From Oculina patagonica (lineage: Eukaryota), in NCBI RefSeq assembly GCF_052425735.1, contig NC_135768.1, positions 7,812,001 through 7,876,000 of the forward strand: 64,000 nucleotides of DNA, read 5' to 3'. Each line of letters opens with the position of its first letter. Position 1 is the stretch's first letter. Below are positions 60,401 through 64,000 of this stretch, in pieces. A program made the translations under genes and the position numbers. The notes below the pieces were generated by a model. That model saw nothing but the letters and a program-made list of their open reading frames with translations. It was not told the DNA's origin and made no database searches.

Positions 60401-60590
60401 AAGACAAAACAAAAAATGGAACACTTATACAGTAATTAAACAAGGGAAGGAAGACATCTAAAGACCTGGAAATCCTCGGCCGTTTGTAAATTTAGTCCCG
60501 TCAACGCTGACATTCTTGCATTAACGCGATCGATGAGCTCATCGTGGCCACGGTTTAACCAGCAACTTTGAAAATAAATAAATAAATAAT

Positions 60591-60623
<33 letters not shown>

Positions 60624-63600
60624 CGTCAATCACGATACATTATATTTTCTCGAAGTAACCTAATGTATAGCTGCATGCGTGTTTTTTTCTTCAAATTCCA
60701 AGCAATCTTTCTTTTTACTGTTTTTATGATACAGAAAGTAGCTTTTTATAAAAAGGACATGCAACCATAGGTTAACTAAGTTAACAAAAGGGGTTTAGCA
60801 AACGACTGAGGCGAGGGTAACTGAACAAAACATAAACGCCTTAGAACAGATTTAATAAGCAGTACTGTAGCTCTGCACGCGCGGTATATGCATTTTCAAT
60901 GGGTACATTTCGCAGTCATGCATCCCAACACAACGTGAAATGACTGGCCGATAGCTTTATTCTGAATCGCGAGGTAAATTCAATTTACAGAAAGGGAGGC
61001 GTTCCCGGCATGTCGGCTTAAGCCACCTACTTGTTAAAAGTGTTCACAAAATGTGTATGTTATACAATTACTTGTACTTACGTACTTTTTGCTTATTCTG
61101 TATTGTGCATATTCCAACTTTCCTGTAATTGGGTTGTGAACAGTTGCTCTGTTAAGCTGAGAATAAAATTGAAGCATGAGTATTAAAAGTTGGTTCTCAT
61201 ATAATCGTCCCGATGGTTTCTATCGCCTCTGTCACTTCAAAAACTTTTCTTGCGATCGGGGCGAGTATATGAGAACATTACACAGACGATTACCCACGTC
61301 TGCGGCGATTGGGGCAGATCACGATCGCTCGGATCGCCCGTGTTCTATCTTTCTAGCTTCTCTTTCCCTTCTTCGCCGTAAAACTGCAATAACCGAGAAG
61401 ATAGGAGGCCACGAGTTTTGCTCTTTTATTAAAGGCCCCATTGTGTTGGATCTAGGACTAAAATGATTGTTTTTTAGTAGGTCTTCGCTCATACCAGGCG
61501 ATCGGGACAATCATATGAAAACCAACGATCGCTTCTAATCGCTTCGATCGCCTACGACGATCGTCTCAGTATTTGCATGCGATAGAAACGATCGGGGCGA
61601 TTATATGAGAACTAACCGTAAGGAGACATTGATTTTACCAGTTATATTTTACAGTATATAGTAGGAAAGCGAACTGAGGAGAAGACGAAGGACAGTAGTT
61701 ATATAAAGTAGAGGAGTGCCCTTACCAAAGGTTTTGATATTTTAATAATTTTATCGATTTCAGCATCGCTCATTATATTGTGCAGTATCATGATGTCTGG
61801 GTTTGTGAAGACCACCTCAATAGGACACCGTTTAATGGTACACAGGGGATGGTCGGTCTTGTAGTAGCATCTGAGTCTCTCGGGGCTTTGAGGCGCCTGA
61901 TGTAAAGAAGACATAAAACGTAAGTCTTTACGTTTTAACGCAAGTGTATAGTAAACAGTCGAACCCCCCTTATACGCGACCACCTAAAATGCCAGGTCTC
62001 TCTGCATGGTCGCTTGCGGAGATAGTCTATTACAATAAAAACAATAAAAAACGTTCACTGGCTAAAAATATTAAAAATAATGAGCTTTCGGCTGTCGCTC
62101 TACAGCCTTCGACGGATAAAAAATTGAATACGAATAGGTATTCAATTTTTTATCCGTCGAAGGCTGTAGAGCGACAGCCGAAAGCTCATTATTTTTAATA
62201 TTTTAAGCCAGCTAACATTTTTTATTGTTTTTATTATGTCTCATCCTGGCTGCGCTTCAATCTTTAACATACAGTTTTTTCGAGAAAATTTGTCGGTAAA
62301 ATGCACGAAAGTGCACGCGACAAGACCGGAAGGTTGTATGGGTAGAAGTAGAAAGCTACTGCACGTGCTGAATACTAATAAAATGGCAACATGAAAAACG
62401 CGAATTTGCACGTTTTTCTATCTCATCAGACATGTGGAAAGCTTTATTTTTGTCAATGTATTTAGCTATGTTAGCTTACTGGGGACACTTATCTACTCCA
62501 CAATTAATCTAACATACTGAAACTCTTTATAATGTGTACAAATATGCAACATTCAAAAGTTTCAAAGTTTGAGGCAACTACTGTTGTTGTCAATGTGAAA
62601 CTTTTGTTGTTCAGTTGTCAATGGAAAGAATGAGCTAATATAGGGGGATGAGTGGGAGAGCTAGATTGCTAAACTAGCTAAGCCATCAATAATTTTCCTG
62701 GGAGAGATAAACACAGTCATACTATAGAAATAAAAGCAATATAAATATAGCTAAGGAAAAACCGAAATAGTATAATTTTCCTCAATTTGCCGTTTAAAGT
62801 TTCGCCACACTTTCAGATCAGAGTTTTTTTTCTAATATCAGTCAAGACAGTGACACTAACTTTAAAAGTCATAGCCCTTTCACAAAGTAGTGGTCCATCC
62901 CCCTCCCTCCATTATTGACTTACATGTGGCATCGGATCTCCTCGACATAGTTTCTTAAAAATACGTCTCTCCTCGAACCAGTCAAAATTCTTCAGCATCG
63001 ATTGAGGAAGTTTTCTCGCCAGATAAGTGAATCTTCGCTCCTTGTTTTCTGGTTCTTTTGATTTCTCTTCTTCAGTCACCTTTTGTAATTCCCTAAAGTT
63101 GCCAAGATTCACCATGGATCGTTCATGATTTGGCACTGAAATATAAAATGTAACAAAGAGTCAACAAAAAGCTTAAATTTAAGGCAACAGTAGTACGCTT
63201 CAGTTAAAAGTGTTGTCTGCAATTGGTTGGATTACTGCGTGTAATGCGGTTGGAATTCCTATTTTTTGTCTAGGTGGTTCAATGCCCGTGTTCAAAATAT
63301 CCAGCTTGATTTGGAGGGATCCTTTCATTACACCTTAATTACTACTTATTACTACTTAAAGCAATTTTGGTAAGGCAATGGTGAATCGAGCGGCGTAAAA
63401 CAAGGTTAGCTCTGATTTAACTGTTCTCGAGTAAAATGTGGACTACGTTAAGAGAAAAGGTAAAGTAAGGTAAGGTTATCTTTATTTCCACACGGCTTAA
63501 ACATCAGATTTTTAAAACACTACATACAATCATACATAAATAATAAAATACATAAAAATCTCGTTTTAAATGGAAAGGAAGCCTAGAAAAGCTCCAGGAC

Positions 63601-63993
63601 TTAAGCACGAATGTCATGGAATTGGATGTATCGCCAACGAAGTGCATAACAGACAGGTCTAGCTCCTTGAAGTTAAAGCTCGTTACATTGGTTTTTTACA
63701 ACAACACCGGAACCCTTCAAGTCCAACTCAGCAAGGCAAGGAAAACTCAGCGAGGCAAGGAAAAGAAAACAGCCTATCGCGACAACGGCTTCTCAGTGGT
63801 CGACAGTGAGAGGGGTATATGCAATGGAAGATCACCGCATCACTTTATTTGCCCTTTGTTATAATTTTTTGAAACACTATGGTTTTAAGCTCGAAGCAAA
63901 CACAGTCATACACAAGAAAAAACACATCCTAATACGCTTACCTACTTTAAGGGCTTCAATAGTGTAATTAATTGCACTTCCTACATCGCCAAG
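57447..63993 (-). CDS. P4HA: Prolyl 4-hydroxylase alpha subunit (collagen P4HA-type), 3' portion; the 5' end lies beyond the window
   Basis: complement(join(63993-63942,63135-62924,61896-61726,61156-61086,60565-60466,60090-60037,59888-59823,59235-59167,58134-58038,57517-57447)). Motifs LCRG, LNRATVHNPITGKLEYAQYRISK, QVQNYGLAGHYDPHFDF, GNRIATVLLY, DVEAGGATVF, GDAVFWHNL, RHAGCPVL, SNKWIHE. The Fe-binding HxD...H residues and the 2-oxoglutarate Lys are intact. Confidence 0.95.
58676..59159 (-). repeat. Tandem array of a tRNA-derived repeat (one near-full and two deleted units)
   Basis: Units start at 58676, 58947 and 59101 with TAATGAAGATGAATTTTTCAACAATGACACGAGCA. The minus strand of unit 1 has A box TAGCTCAGTTGGTTAGAGC and B box GGTTCGATTCCC. 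Confidence 0.85.
60592..60622. repeat. (TAA)n microsatellite
   Basis: About 10 perfect TAA units in a P4HA intron. Confidence 0.95.
61187..61618. mobile_element. PIF/Harbinger-type MITE in P4HA intron
   Basis: TIRs GTTGGTTCTCATATAATCGTCCCGAT / ATCGGGGCGATTATATGAGAACTAAC flanked by TAA, with CGATCG-rich internal repeats. Confidence 0.7.
62034..62237. repeat. Long inverted repeat: 67-bp perfect arms with a 6-nt loop, extending imperfectly to about 100 bp
   Basis: 62065-62131 is the exact reverse complement of 62138-62204. The loop is GAATAG. Confidence 0.93.
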
Positions 63994-64000
63994 CTGTGTG

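Overview
AT-rich, intron-rich animal DNA. The repeat families and gene content suggest a cnidarian, probably a stony coral (inference). Three spliced genes can be reconstructed by hand from splice sites and reading-frame phase. Gene A (+, 1374-13695, 12 exons, 738 aa) encodes signal peptide-CUB-Ig-channel module. Gene B (-, 38693-20145, 20 exons, about 1817 aa) encodes signal peptide-LamG/pentraxin-like-6xTSP1-SEA-6xFN3-the same channel module. Gene C (-, >63993-57447) is the 3' part of a prolyl 4-hydroxylase alpha subunit. The shared module of A and B has ionotropic-glutamate-receptor (iGluR) topology: S1 half-clamshell, M1, re-entrant pore, M3, S2 half-clamshell, M4 and a cytoplasmic coiled coil. 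It carries an intact K+-channel selectivity filter (TTVGYGD), as in GluR0 and AvGluR1. A and B are tail-to-tail paralogs with identical channel-module intron phases but completely different cell-adhesion ectodomains. This candidate family of adhesion-receptor/K+-filter channels is the main finding. The rest of the window is transposon-rich: SINEs, MITEs, Penelope remnants with hammerhead ribozymes, an L2 LINE, a decayed ISL2EU-type element, and a 3.2-kb TIR element with a 10-bp TSD inside a tRNA-like sequence. All gene models are unverified by RNA data or database searches.
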